Virus record (IMG/VR): IMGVR_UViG_2599185311_000001
Span: 1,978 to 65,977 of that record
Length of the DNA: 64,000 nucleotides
From: a virus
Strand: one strand, 5' to 3'
Part shown: positions 34,595 through 43,983 of the stretch, piece after piece
Layout of the letters: each line of letters starts with the position of its first letter
Position numbering within the stretch: the first letter of the stretch is position 1
The notes under the pieces: model-generated
What the model was told of the DNA's origin: nothing
Seen by the model: only the letters and a program-made list of their open reading frames with translations
Databases searched by the model: none
Made by a program: the position numbers and the translations under genes

Positions 34595-35124
34595 TCCAAT
34601 ACCTCCAGCGCTCGTGCGTACAGCTCCCGACGCTCCTCCGCGCCGTTCTGTCCGCCATTTATCCTGCGGGTGATTTTGTCGAAGGCGCCGGCGTCCGCCA
34701 GCGTGTTCAGGCCCTTGGTCGACCAGAACCACGCGGCAGACATCGCCGCATGCTGCGGCAACTCAAGAAGCTCAGGGTTGCCGATGAGGTCCAGGCCCAG
34801 CGCCTCGCCACAGGCCGCGTAGTTTGCACGACCGGTGATCTGGATCAGGCCCCGGCCACGGTACTTGAAGCCGTCCCCCTTTACGGTGTTGCCCAGGTCG
34901 GCGCGGCCTTCGTACCCGGCCTGCTGCGCCGTGGGGCCCCAGATCTCGCGCACCCAACGCAACTGGCCGGACTCGTGCCCGACCTGGGCAATGAATGCCG
35001 CCACGCGCGCTGTACCCACGATGCCGTAGCGGTTCATGGCCGTATTCAGTGCAGAAACAAAAACGCCAGCATTACGGCCGGCGCTCGGAAGGATCTGCAG
35101 CAACTGCTGCTCGGTGATCGGCAT
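34591..35124 (-). CDS. Endolysin, glycoside hydrolase family 19
   Basis: AAFIAQVGHESG..YRGRGLIQITGRANY..RRINGGQNG. Confidence 0.95.
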   Translation of the reverse strand: MPITEQQLLQILPSAGRNAGVFVSALNTAMNRYGIVGTARVAAFIAQVGHESGQLRWVREIWGPTAQQAGYEGRADLGNTVKGDGFKYRGRGLIQITGRANYAACGEALGLDLIGNPELLELPQHAAMSAAWFWSTKGLNTLADAGAFDKITRRINGGQNGAEERRELYARALEVLE

Positions 35125-35181
35125 ACTTTTCTCCAGACAAAAAAATCCCGCTCGATGGCGGGTTGCAGTGCGCAGCGCGGG

Positions 35182-35892
35182 TCAGATCGATTCGGCGGCG
35201 GCCAACATCGGCGCAGCGATGATTTCAGGGATGGGCGGCTCCGCCGGCCAGATTGGGGATTCAAACCATCCGGGTTGCGTGGTGACCTTGCCCAAGGCGT
35301 ACTTGTAGACCTTCCAGGCTTTCAGCGGCGCGGCCAGGGCGGCCTGCTCAGCTTCGTCCTCGGGAGTCGCTTCACCGATGTCGATGCCAAAACCGATGGT
35401 GTCGACGCGATCTTGAATTCGTTCGATTTGGGCCAGGGCTTTTGCGTTCCTAGCTGATAGCTCGGTTTTCGCGGCAGACAGTTGTGCGGCCGCTGTCGCT
35501 GCATCCTTCATGGCCCTGGTGATCAGCTTGGTCCAGTCGATCACACCGGTCGCGATCGGAGCACTGGGATCGGGTTGCGGTGGGACGTATTCCGCTTGGT
35601 CCGGACCAGGGAAAACCACCACTCCATCGGGCACATCCAGCAGTGGCAAAGGAAAAGCCTGCGCCTGACTGTAATTTATAGGGTTGGGAAACAGCAGCGT
35701 TAGAATTAACTCACCGTTATTCCGCTCTATGTTGCCAGGAAACCAATGAGATTCGATTGCATTGAATGGCAGTGTGTCACCCTCATCAATTGGAGAAAAG
35801 TCAAAACGAACGTTGTTCAGAATCAACACATCACCCGTTTTTACAGCAACCAAATTATCGTCACGTCGCTGAGGACTCAGTATGATTTTCAT
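35182..35892 (-). CDS. Tail fibre assembly protein (two-part; C-terminal Tfa-like)
   Basis: MKIILSPQRRDD N-terminal domain plus AWKVYKYALGKV..WPAEP. Confidence 0.75.
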   Translation of the reverse strand: MKIILSPQRRDDNLVAVKTGDVLILNNVRFDFSPIDEGDTLPFNAIESHWFPGNIERNNGELILTLLFPNPINYSQAQAFPLPLLDVPDGVVVFPGPDQAEYVPPQPDPSAPIATGVIDWTKLITRAMKDAATAAAQLSAAKTELSARNAKALAQIERIQDRVDTIGFGIDIGEATPEDEAEQAALAAPLKAWKVYKYALGKVTTQPGWFESPIWPAEPPIPEIIAAPMLAAAESI

Positions 35893-36983
35893 CAAAACCA
35901 CCTCCCGATTGCTATCCATTTTATGTTTCTGTCCGCGCTCGCCTGAGATGAGACGGACAAAAAATTGGATGTAAAAATGCTGCCGGTAGCGCTGTATGGA
36001 AGCACTCCGAAACACGTGGCGGTCGTAGCTTGAACGACAGGAGCTTCGGAGAACTGGGTAGGGAAGCTAATGTTTATATCTGCGCTTCTGAACCCCCCAA
36101 AGAACGCTGTAGAGATGGCAACAGCTGATATCGCCCTGTTGTACTGCCAACAGATCATCGTTCCATCGGCATACTTCACATACTCCCCATTCCCGTTGCT
36201 ATTACGCTCGATTACCGCGCCGGTTGGAATGCCTCCGGACTGGGAAACCGGTCCAACCAAATTAACGGTGTCGTAGACTTTTCTCCAAGGCGCCCAGGTG
36301 CTGATGTCCGTCTTTAGCCGGAATCCCAGAGCCCCCTGAGCGCCCCAACCCAGAACAAGTTGAGACTCGACGATACTGGATCTACGTAGATGCATTCCCA
36401 TGGGGTAGGTGCCCAGCAGCGGCTGGTTGTGTCCTGGCGGCGTGGCGATGGACGAAGTGAACATCTGATTGGCCGTGAAGAAGGTGTCCATGCTGGTGGC
36501 ACCGTCGTAACTTGAGCCGGTGGAGCCGAGCCCAAAGTCTGCGACCTTCAACATCCTGCCCGCCGTGGTGTCGTAGGCATTGGCCGTTTTCACCAATCCC
36601 AGCGCTGTCTGTGCGTCCGCCTGGGTGGCGCCACCGGTGCCGCCCTTGGTCACTGGCAAAATGTCGTAATTGCCCGTGGTCCCCAGCGCGGCGAGCTTGG
36701 CGCCATAGGTGTTCACAATTGCACGCAGTGCGTCAGCAGAATCTTTTACATAGCCCTGCATCGGTGCCAGTGCGTAGGCGCCAGCGGCGGCGGTTGTGCC
36801 TTGGTACGCCGGATCGATCGACATAGCCGTATTGCTGGCCACGTTGGTGACTTCATACCACCGGCCATCCGGGCCGCGAAATGCATCACCGACCCGACAA
36901 TTCACGATGAAGGCCGTGCCTGTACCTGTTACAGCGTTGGAATTCAGGGTGACGGAAACCGTCCCCGTTTTGTACCAGGGCAT
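35892..36983 (-). CDS. Prophage side tail fibre
   Basis: MPWYKTGTVSV..VTGTGTAF N-terminus; C-terminal ERNSNGNGEYVKYADGTMIC. Confidence 0.88.
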   Translation of the reverse strand: MPWYKTGTVSVTLNSNAVTGTGTAFIVNCRVGDAFRGPDGRWYEVTNVASNTAMSIDPAYQGTTAAAGAYALAPMQGYVKDSADALRAIVNTYGAKLAALGTTGNYDILPVTKGGTGGATQADAQTALGLVKTANAYDTTAGRMLKVADFGLGSTGSSYDGATSMDTFFTANQMFTSSIATPPGHNQPLLGTYPMGMHLRRSSIVESQLVLGWGAQGALGFRLKTDISTWAPWRKVYDTVNLVGPVSQSGGIPTGAVIERNSNGNGEYVKYADGTMICWQYNRAISAVAISTAFFGGFRSADINISFPTQFSEAPVVQATTATCFGVLPYSATGSIFTSNFLSVSSQASADRNIKWIAIGRWF

Positions 36984-36996
36984 AGGAAGTTGTCCT

Positions 36997-37671
36997 TTAG
37001 AGTTTTGCGAATACTGCAGTAAGGAAGAAAGCGAATGGGTTGCCAGAGCCAACTGTCAGCGCGTATAGATTCCCGCCTGAGAAATCCCACCAACAATAAA
37101 GAGCCCGATTAAATGGTGCATCGTTTAACATCGGCATGCTGAATGTATTTATCAGCATGTACTCACCGGCTGGAAAATTGAAATTCACTCGATAATAGTT
37201 TCGGGGCTGGCCCTGGCCCGCGGTATCTGTTTTTACGTACGTCCAATTTTGGTATGATCGGGTGAACCTCGCATAGGGGGTATCGCTGTCGAATAACAGC
37301 TTTGAGTTACCATCCCATATGCGCATTCCGTAATCGGCAAGCGCCGTAGCAGCGAAGCCACAAGCAAAGTAAGCCCCGTTGGGCTGCAGTGTGTTTTCGT
37401 CATATGCACGGACGTAGAACCCGGTCCACGCCCCTGGCGACCCGATAACGCGCATCAGGCACAGGCCGGCAATGCCAGTGCTGCCAGCAGGCCTGATAAA
37501 AACAAGCGGTGGTTCCTGGCTCGTGATTGTTCGAGGAAAGGAAGTGACCGACCCAAGTCCAGATTCTTGCGTTGGCTGGTATGTTCCTTTTGCCAGAACA
37601 ACAAGACGAGTGAACTCTGAATCAACCGTCACGACGTTGCTGTCGTTTGTGAACTCTAATCCAAATGCCAT
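36997..37671 (-). CDS. Tail tip-associated protein
   Basis: Synteny after J; DYGMRIWDGNSKLLFDS motif. Confidence 0.7.
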   Translation of the reverse strand: MAFGLEFTNDSNVVTVDSEFTRLVVLAKGTYQPTQESGLGSVTSFPRTITSQEPPLVFIRPAGSTGIAGLCLMRVIGSPGAWTGFYVRAYDENTLQPNGAYFACGFAATALADYGMRIWDGNSKLLFDSDTPYARFTRSYQNWTYVKTDTAGQGQPRNYYRVNFNFPAGEYMLINTFSMPMLNDAPFNRALYCWWDFSGGNLYALTVGSGNPFAFFLTAVFAKL

Positions 37672-37994
37672 CAGGAGAACCTTATTACAATTAGGCGCAT
37701 CGTTGAGCTGGTCGTGCTGCTGTATTGCTCCCTCCCTCGAATGTAGCTATAGACACGTACTGCACCGGCTACAACTTCGGTCTCCAGTTGCATATCGGTA
37801 CTTACGTTATAGTTGCCAATCGGAACAACAAACGCCGCGCAGTTGCTTGTAGTTATCCCGGGGATGGATATGGTCTGGAAGTTAGCGGAGTTGGTTCCTG
37901 TAACAACTCCGCTATAGACAACCCGCATGGTGAACGACGACGGATCAAGGGTGACGTTGCCATTCTCATCTCGAATTTCCAGCCCATAACTCAT
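37671..37994 (-). CDS. Tail tip-associated protein
   Basis: MSYGLEIRDENGNVTLD; coupled to J. Confidence 0.7.
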   Translation of the reverse strand: MSYGLEIRDENGNVTLDPSSFTMRVVYSGVVTGTNSANFQTISIPGITTSNCAAFVVPIGNYNVSTDMQLETEVVAGAVRVYSYIRGREQYSSTTSSTMRLIVIRFS

Positions 37995-40900
37995 GCTGCG
38001 AGATCTCCGAGCTGTACCCGCTTGACACCGTTCTGGTCGTAGACCTTGATGGCGCGGTTGGTCATGGTCAGGCGACCACCGCCCGGGGCCGGTCCGTTGA
38101 ACTCAAGATTGCCGGCTTTATCCAGGCGCCAGCCCTGCGAGCCCGCGACGTAGTTGTCGGATTGAAGGGCTTGGCCGATCTTCAGCATCGTGATGCTGCC
38201 GTCCTGGATGAAGGCCGAGTTCATGAACACCTGTCCTCCCTGGACCGCGAACGGAACCGAGATTGCGCCGCCGGCAATGGTATTGACGATGGCGAAACGG
38301 TCGGCACTCACCAGGAACTGGCTTTGCAGGCCGGCGGCGGTGTTCTCGATGCCAAGGCCAATGCCTGCGGCAACGTACTGCCCGCTGGCAGTCAGCTGCA
38401 TCTTCACAGACCACATCGTATTCAGCTTGCCGCTGGTATCCGCGTAGGCCGTGGCCGTCTGCTGAATGGCTGCGGTGTTCGAGCCGACCGTTGCAGTAAG
38501 CTGGTCGATCTTCGTCGAGGTCGCCGACTCGTTCGTGGCTACCACCTGCTCGAGCGTGGTCAGGTTCGCCGCGTTCTGGCCGATCTGGGCATCAAAGGTT
38601 GTCAGCCTGGTGGCCGTCGCCTCATTCTCAGAAGCCCGAACGCTGGTTTCCTGAGCGATTGCCGCAGTGCTGGTCCAGCCCTTGAGGGCATCGGCCAGCT
38701 CCCCTTCCCCGTTGTCATCGCGGTACGACGCCCGCAACGCTTCAAAGGCTGTGGCCTGGGCCGTGACAACACCGTCGATCTCGGTGATATCAGCGGTATT
38801 GGTTGCAACCTGCTGTGCCAGCCCGTTGGCCGTTTCTACCGACTGACCTACATCCAGCCAGTAGGTGGTGTTCGGCGGTGCCGTGTTGATCGGCACCGGC
38901 CCCAGCGCCTGGTACAAGCGCTGACCCTGGCGAACAATGTCGTTTTTCACATAGGTCTTGGCGGGATCGTAGAGCAGGATGTCATCGAGCGCATCGATCT
39001 GGGCCTGGAGGCCTGGGATCTTCTCGATTTCACCCCTCAGCTCTTCGCTGAGTTCGGTCTCGCCAATCTGCCCGGCGATCAGGTCGAGGATTGGTCCAGC
39101 CTCCGAACTGGCCTGGCCCAGCACACCGTTGCCGACTGGGTACCAAGGGCCAATGTTCCCGGTGCGATCCACAAGGCGCGCCCAGAAGAAGAACAACGCA
39201 CCCGCCAGCAAGCTCTGCATGCTGTAGTCGCTCTGGGGATAAGCCAGATCTGCCAGCTTGGTGGCGTTCTCCAGGGCGTTGGTTGGGCCGTACCAGATCT
39301 CTGTCCGCTGGGTATCCTCGGCGCCAGCAGGGAAGCCCCACTTGAGGCCGATGCCGAACAGCAGCGAAGTTGCCGTCAGGTGGGTGACCGCCGGCGGCAG
39401 CCCGGTCTTCCCAGTCAGCACGACCTCGGCGCTGGTGCCCCAGATCGAAGCCACATCCATGGCATTGACCGAACTAACCCGGGCCAGATATCGCCCGCTG
39501 TAGATTCCCTCTACCTCTGCACCCAGGCTGCCCGTGCGAGGTAGGCGAATCCAATTCCCGCTGTCCTTGCGCCACTCGACGTTGTAGGCGATGGCGCCGG
39601 GCACCGCGTCCCAGGTGATGCGCATCGTGCTGACTGCAATCCCCTGCGACACTACGCTGCGAGACTCCAGCGTGATGTTGGACGGCGGGTTCATCACGCC
39701 CGGCGGGATAACGCTGGTCGGCTGCGGATCGATCCGAGCGCCGGTGTCAATGGCCGCGTATTTCTGGGGCTCATGCTGGGTCGCGGAAATTTTGAACTGA
39801 TGCAGGCCCTGCGGCTCGATGGTCTGCACTCGATAGCGCATCACTGCAAGATCCGCGCTTTCGACCGACCAACTGCACTCCGGCTGCGGCAGTTCCGAGT
39901 AATCGGCCATGACGGTAACCAGGCGCCCTGATACAGATTTGACGATACGTCCTTCTGACTTGCCGCTGGGCAGGTTCAGAATCAGCCGGTCCTCCTCGTG
40001 AATTTCCGCATCAATGTCGAGTGTTATAACCCGCTTCGTTGCCGCCGCTATGCGCCCTCCGTTTGGCCGACCAGAAAACAACTCGTCGGCCACGCAGATG
40101 ATCTGACCGGGCTCGACGTTCCGCCCTTCCATGCCGGTGGTGAAGCTGACAGACCACTCCTCATACTGTTCGGATTTCAGCGCCCAAATGCCGTGGCGGA
40201 TCGCCTCGCCCTCAACGGTGCACCCGAAACGCGAGATATCCAGCATCCGGTGGCCAAGAGCACCGATCAGCTCATCGTTGGTTACAGGAGCGGGCTGGGT
40301 CTTGAATTCGTTCTCGGGATTGTCCCAGGCGACCTTCGCCCGGGTGTGACGATCAGGAAAGGCGGCCGCCACATATTCGAACTCACCGATGATGTTCGAG
40401 CGCGTGAAGACGTAGCCGTCCTCGTTACCCGGTATGTCGGCAACCATGGTTACCTGCGAACCGTTCCAGCAGCTGCTGCCCCGGAACACGCTGGCCAGGT
40501 CCGACAGGAGTGCATACCCCTCGACGGAGTCCTGGATGTAGACGTTGGTGGTCATTCGTGGCTGGAGCCCACCCTTCCCGTCGGGCACCATCACATCGCA
40601 ATAGCGGCCGATCTCATAAAGCGTCCAGTGGTCGACCATATCTGCGGTGATACGGCGTCCCAGGCCGTAGCGCCGATGGAGCAGCAAGTCGCGCCACACC
40701 CACACCGGATTGTTGGAGTAGGCCAGCTTAAACGTGCCATTCCAGTCGCCGGCGTAGGTGCGCGTCTGGGGATCGTAATTGGTGGGAACTTGAACGATCC
40801 GACCGCGCATCAAGAAACTGGCTTTCGGCGTGTCCTGAAACTGCTTGGCGTCGAACCGCAAGCCGCCCAGCGCCAAGTTGGGATAGCGCAGCTTTTTGTC

Positions 40901-41599
40901 GATGACCTCGGTGAGGCCTTTGATCCTCATCAGATCCGCGTAGTTCGAGTCGTTGCGGTTCGGGGTAAGGCGACGAACGCGCACCAGGGCGCTGGAAAAA
41001 CCCTCAGGGAGGTCAATCCGGTGGGTGCGCTCGTACTCGGTGGTCCCTTTGTCATCCAGCGTGGCGGACAGAACGGTTTGGTAACTGCCACCATCCACCG
41101 ACAGATCGATTGCATAGTCGATCCGATAGCCGACTTGGTCCCCATTGGTCTTCAGTTGCCAAATTTGTGGCCAGGATAGGCGCACACGCACCGCCGACAA
41201 CTGCTGGTCAGTGATGGCATGAGTCCAGGCGTTGTCAGATTTGAGCTCTACCGGCAACCCCTGAGAAGCTTCGTTTTCAATCGACGGGAAGCCCGGGATA
41301 TGCTCCTGATCCACTGTTCCTGGGCGAAAATCCCAGACCGTGCCTGGAAAGTTTTCGCTGCCGTCAGGCGATAGGAGCGGCGTACCATTGAGTTTTACCG
41401 ATCGCAAGCCGTCCACTGGACCGACAATGGGACCTTCGCTCAGGGCGTAGAGCAGCTTAACCGTGGCGATCGACAGCGCGGTGTCCGGAGCTTTATAGGG
41501 GGTGTGCGGTTTCTGTTCGCCACCCTTCGCGCCAGAAACGCGGGCAGCAGTAAGCCGGCGCCGACGCTTGGTAGCGGGCGCTGTTGCAAGACTGGGCAT
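37991..41599 (-). CDS. Host-specificity/central tail fibre protein J
   Basis: 1202 aa; ALSEGPIVG, YSNNPVWV, FLVSADRFA and RVQLGDL motifs. Confidence 0.95.
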   Translation of the reverse strand: MPSLATAPATKRRRRLTAARVSGAKGGEQKPHTPYKAPDTALSIATVKLLYALSEGPIVGPVDGLRSVKLNGTPLLSPDGSENFPGTVWDFRPGTVDQEHIPGFPSIENEASQGLPVELKSDNAWTHAITDQQLSAVRVRLSWPQIWQLKTNGDQVGYRIDYAIDLSVDGGSYQTVLSATLDDKGTTEYERTHRIDLPEGFSSALVRVRRLTPNRNDSNYADLMRIKGLTEVIDKKLRYPNLALGGLRFDAKQFQDTPKASFLMRGRIVQVPTNYDPQTRTYAGDWNGTFKLAYSNNPVWVWRDLLLHRRYGLGRRITADMVDHWTLYEIGRYCDVMVPDGKGGLQPRMTTNVYIQDSVEGYALLSDLASVFRGSSCWNGSQVTMVADIPGNEDGYVFTRSNIIGEFEYVAAAFPDRHTRAKVAWDNPENEFKTQPAPVTNDELIGALGHRMLDISRFGCTVEGEAIRHGIWALKSEQYEEWSVSFTTGMEGRNVEPGQIICVADELFSGRPNGGRIAAATKRVITLDIDAEIHEEDRLILNLPSGKSEGRIVKSVSGRLVTVMADYSELPQPECSWSVESADLAVMRYRVQTIEPQGLHQFKISATQHEPQKYAAIDTGARIDPQPTSVIPPGVMNPPSNITLESRSVVSQGIAVSTMRITWDAVPGAIAYNVEWRKDSGNWIRLPRTGSLGAEVEGIYSGRYLARVSSVNAMDVASIWGTSAEVVLTGKTGLPPAVTHLTATSLLFGIGLKWGFPAGAEDTQRTEIWYGPTNALENATKLADLAYPQSDYSMQSLLAGALFFFWARLVDRTGNIGPWYPVGNGVLGQASSEAGPILDLIAGQIGETELSEELRGEIEKIPGLQAQIDALDDILLYDPAKTYVKNDIVRQGQRLYQALGPVPINTAPPNTTYWLDVGQSVETANGLAQQVATNTADITEIDGVVTAQATAFEALRASYRDDNGEGELADALKGWTSTAAIAQETSVRASENEATATRLTTFDAQIGQNAANLTTLEQVVATNESATSTKIDQLTATVGSNTAAIQQTATAYADTSGKLNTMWSVKMQLTASGQYVAAGIGLGIENTAAGLQSQFLVSADRFAIVNTIAGGAISVPFAVQGGQVFMNSAFIQDGSITMLKIGQALQSDNYVAGSQGWRLDKAGNLEFNGPAPGGGRLTMTNRAIKVYDQNGVKRVQLGDLAA

Positions 41600-41608
41600 G
41601 GTTTTTCC

Positions 41609-42205
41609 TTACTGCTGGTCTTCCGAAAAAACGCCGGCGGAAATGAGTGCTCCGCCAATATCTCGCTCGCCGTAGAGCAATGGTTTGCATCGCCCCTGGG
41701 CCGTTGTGGTCACAGCACCACCGAATGCGTAAGAGGGTCGGTTGCCGTCGGACTCCTTGTCCAGAATGCCGAGCGGGGACGGCGACATACTCATCGCGAT
41801 CCCGCCGATCATCAGGCCGGCGCCCGCCGCCGACAGGTAATACTGGCCAGTCACCGCACCCACCACGATCAGTGCCAGTCCCGCTATGGTCGCGAACAAA
41901 CCACCGCCCTTGCTCCCGATGACGATAGGTGCGATGCGGATCGGCTCCACGGTGTCCTGGCGCATCTGGATCTCGCTTTCACTGAGGTTCCGTTTTCCGC
42001 GAAACACCGCATAGGTCAACCCGCGCTCCTCGGAAAATCTGAGGAAACGCTTGAACCCTGGCACCTTCACACACAGGGCGTGGACAGCCTCGGCACCAGA
42101 CGCGACAGCCAGATGATGGATGCGGCCAAACCTGGCGCCCAACACGCCATAAAGCATCACCAGCACCACCAGGGGCTGGGGGCGAATTACTGTTCTCATG
42201 GCCAT
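41609..42205 (-). CDS. Tail assembly protein I
   Basis: SYAFGGAVTTTAQG..PLLYGE..GGALISAG. Confidence 0.9.
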   Translation of the reverse strand: MAMRTVIRPQPLVVLVMLYGVLGARFGRIHHLAVASGAEAVHALCVKVPGFKRFLRFSEERGLTYAVFRGKRNLSESEIQMRQDTVEPIRIAPIVIGSKGGGLFATIAGLALIVVGAVTGQYYLSAAGAGLMIGGIAMSMSPSPLGILDKESDGNRPSYAFGGAVTTTAQGRCKPLLYGERDIGGALISAGVFSEDQQ

Positions 42206-42957
42206 CAGTCGACCTCTGTTACTCGTTGATGCCGAAGAATCAGCACGGTGTAATCAGCCCACATGCCGCCGTATACATCGCGGGTGGATTTCTTGTTGTA
42301 CCGGTGATGGAGGAAGGTACCCGGCGCCGGGTGCAGATCAGGGACGCTGGACAGCAGCCCGTCGCCGAGGTAGATACCGGCGTGGTTAGGGGCGGCGGCG
42401 TTAATCTGCATAACGATCATGTCGCCTTTCTTGGGCATGGACACCGGGTAGAACCCCGCCGCCTCGTAATATTGCTCGTACAGGCTTTCGCCAGAGTTCC
42501 ACCAGCCGTCACGGCGCGGGTAGTTCGGCAGTTCAATGCCGTGCTCACGCTTGTAGTAATCGCGGCACAGCGCGTAGCAGTCCAGCAGGCCATGGCCGAA
42601 ATCTCGGCCAATCAATGGCGCCTGGTAGCCGTCTGGCTTGAATTCGAAGTACTCCCCGGACGGCCAGCTCACAATGCCCCATGGTTTTTCATGGATTTCG
42701 CAGCTCACCCGGTCGGCCATGCTCGGTACCGGTGGGACGTCCGGGTGGCTGTGGATAATCATGACCACTTCACCACGATCTTCTGCGTCGCACTTGTCGC
42801 TGGGGTTGATGATGAAATGCTCGCTGGGAGTCTTCGCGTCGTTGCCGCACGGCACATACTTGAGCCGCCCCGCTTCGCGAATCACCACGCCACAGCTTTC
42901 CTTTGGATACTCCCGGGCGGCATGGGTCTGAATCTGTTTCAGCATCGTCTTGTTCAT
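42205..42957 (-). CDS. Tail assembly protein K (JAB + NlpC/P60)
   Basis: ESCG..IHSHPD..D and DCYALCRDYY..NHAGIY. Confidence 0.92.
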   Translation of the reverse strand: MNKTMLKQIQTHAAREYPKESCGVVIREAGRLKYVPCGNDAKTPSEHFIINPSDKCDAEDRGEVVMIIHSHPDVPPVPSMADRVSCEIHEKPWGIVSWPSGEYFEFKPDGYQAPLIGRDFGHGLLDCYALCRDYYKREHGIELPNYPRRDGWWNSGESLYEQYYEAAGFYPVSMPKKGDMIVMQINAAAPNHAGIYLGDGLLSSVPDLHPAPGTFLHHRYNKKSTRDVYGGMWADYTVLILRHQRVTEVD

Positions 42958-42961
42958 GGGT

Positions 42962-43648
42962 TTATCCAATCAGGGCAGCGCCAGGGGCGCCACCGAACGG
43001 CAGCGGATTGCCCTTGCCGAAACGTATCTCGCAGTCGCTTGGACGCCCACCGCAGCGATCCAGGGCCGGGTCATCCACGGGGTTGCCGTCGAGGTCAAAC
43101 ATCTTGACGCCGGTGTAATTGCAGTCGGGCCCACGGTATTCACCCCACAGGCACCATTCACACCGGTTCATGATCAGCCCGGCCGGCAACATCTGACCCT
43201 TCACCGCCGTCGGCGGCGCCAGCGAGAACACAACCTCTTCGCGGCCCAGGCTGGTCACCTGGTTGATGTAGGAGATATCGATCTTTTCCAGCGGGCTTGC
43301 CTCGGGATTGCCGCCCGGGAAGTTCGCTGCATCCAGGTACTTGGCGTAGGTCTGGCGGACCGTCAGCTTCACACCGCTTAACCCCTGGAAAATCCGACAT
43401 AGAGCCGTGATGGTCCCATCGATGTTGCTGATTTTCAGCATCGGAGTGGAGCTGTTGCCCTCCACACTTCGGCCAAAGCCTCCGGTTTCGTATGGCCTTG
43501 GCGCGTAGACATCGCCCTTCCAGATGATGGGCGACGACTGCAAGTGAGCGTGGAACCGGAAAATGCCCATCCCGCGCGCCTCACCGTCCAGCTCTATCAA
43601 TTGGATCAGCGCTCCGGGCTCGAGCTTCTGGTTGTCCAGTGTGATCAT
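42962..43648 (-). CDS. Minor tail protein L
   Basis: CEWCLWGEYRGPDCNY..C..C..RFG..LPFGGAPG. Confidence 0.92.
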   Translation of the reverse strand: MITLDNQKLEPGALIQLIELDGEARGMGIFRFHAHLQSSPIIWKGDVYAPRPYETGGFGRSVEGNSSTPMLKISNIDGTITALCRIFQGLSGVKLTVRQTYAKYLDAANFPGGNPEASPLEKIDISYINQVTSLGREEVVFSLAPPTAVKGQMLPAGLIMNRCEWCLWGEYRGPDCNYTGVKMFDLDGNPVDDPALDRCGGRPSDCEIRFGKGNPLPFGGAPGAALIG

Positions 43649-43983
43649 GGGTTGAATACCTGCTGAAAGGTGGTGCTGAGTGTGTATTTCTTGTTGCCGT
43701 GAGTCTGTAGTTGCCAGCCACCGGTGGTGATGTATGCGCCCTGCACCTCCAGAGGCGGCGTCCACAGGAAATGATTCGCCCCCTTGTGCCGGATGAAGAA
43801 CTCCTTGATCGGCAGGATGTAGGCTTCGTTGCCGGTGAACGACACGGTGTAGGTGCCGGCGACGTTGTTGATGCCGACCGACAGGCGCTGGCTATAACCA
43901 TTCCCGAATTTCGATTCCAGGATGGCGGCCTGGTCATCGCCAGACGAGCCGACCCGTGGCGACCAGGTGAATACCTCTGCCAT
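43645..43983 (-). CDS. Minor tail protein M
   Basis: FTWSP..KFGNGYSQR..GINN. Confidence 0.92.
   Translation of the reverse strand: MAEVFTWSPRVGSSGDDQAAILESKFGNGYSQRLSVGINNVAGTYTVSFTGNEAYILPIKEFFIRHKGANHFLWTPPLEVQGAYITTGGWQLQTHGNKKYTLSTTFQQVFNP

Noticed and set aside
38162-39544. 460 aa plus-strand ORF (likewise 8013-9431, 11594-12874, 19265-20539, 39998-41179, 60581-61759)
   Set aside because: Antisense shadows of well-supported high-GC genes; no protein-like motifs.
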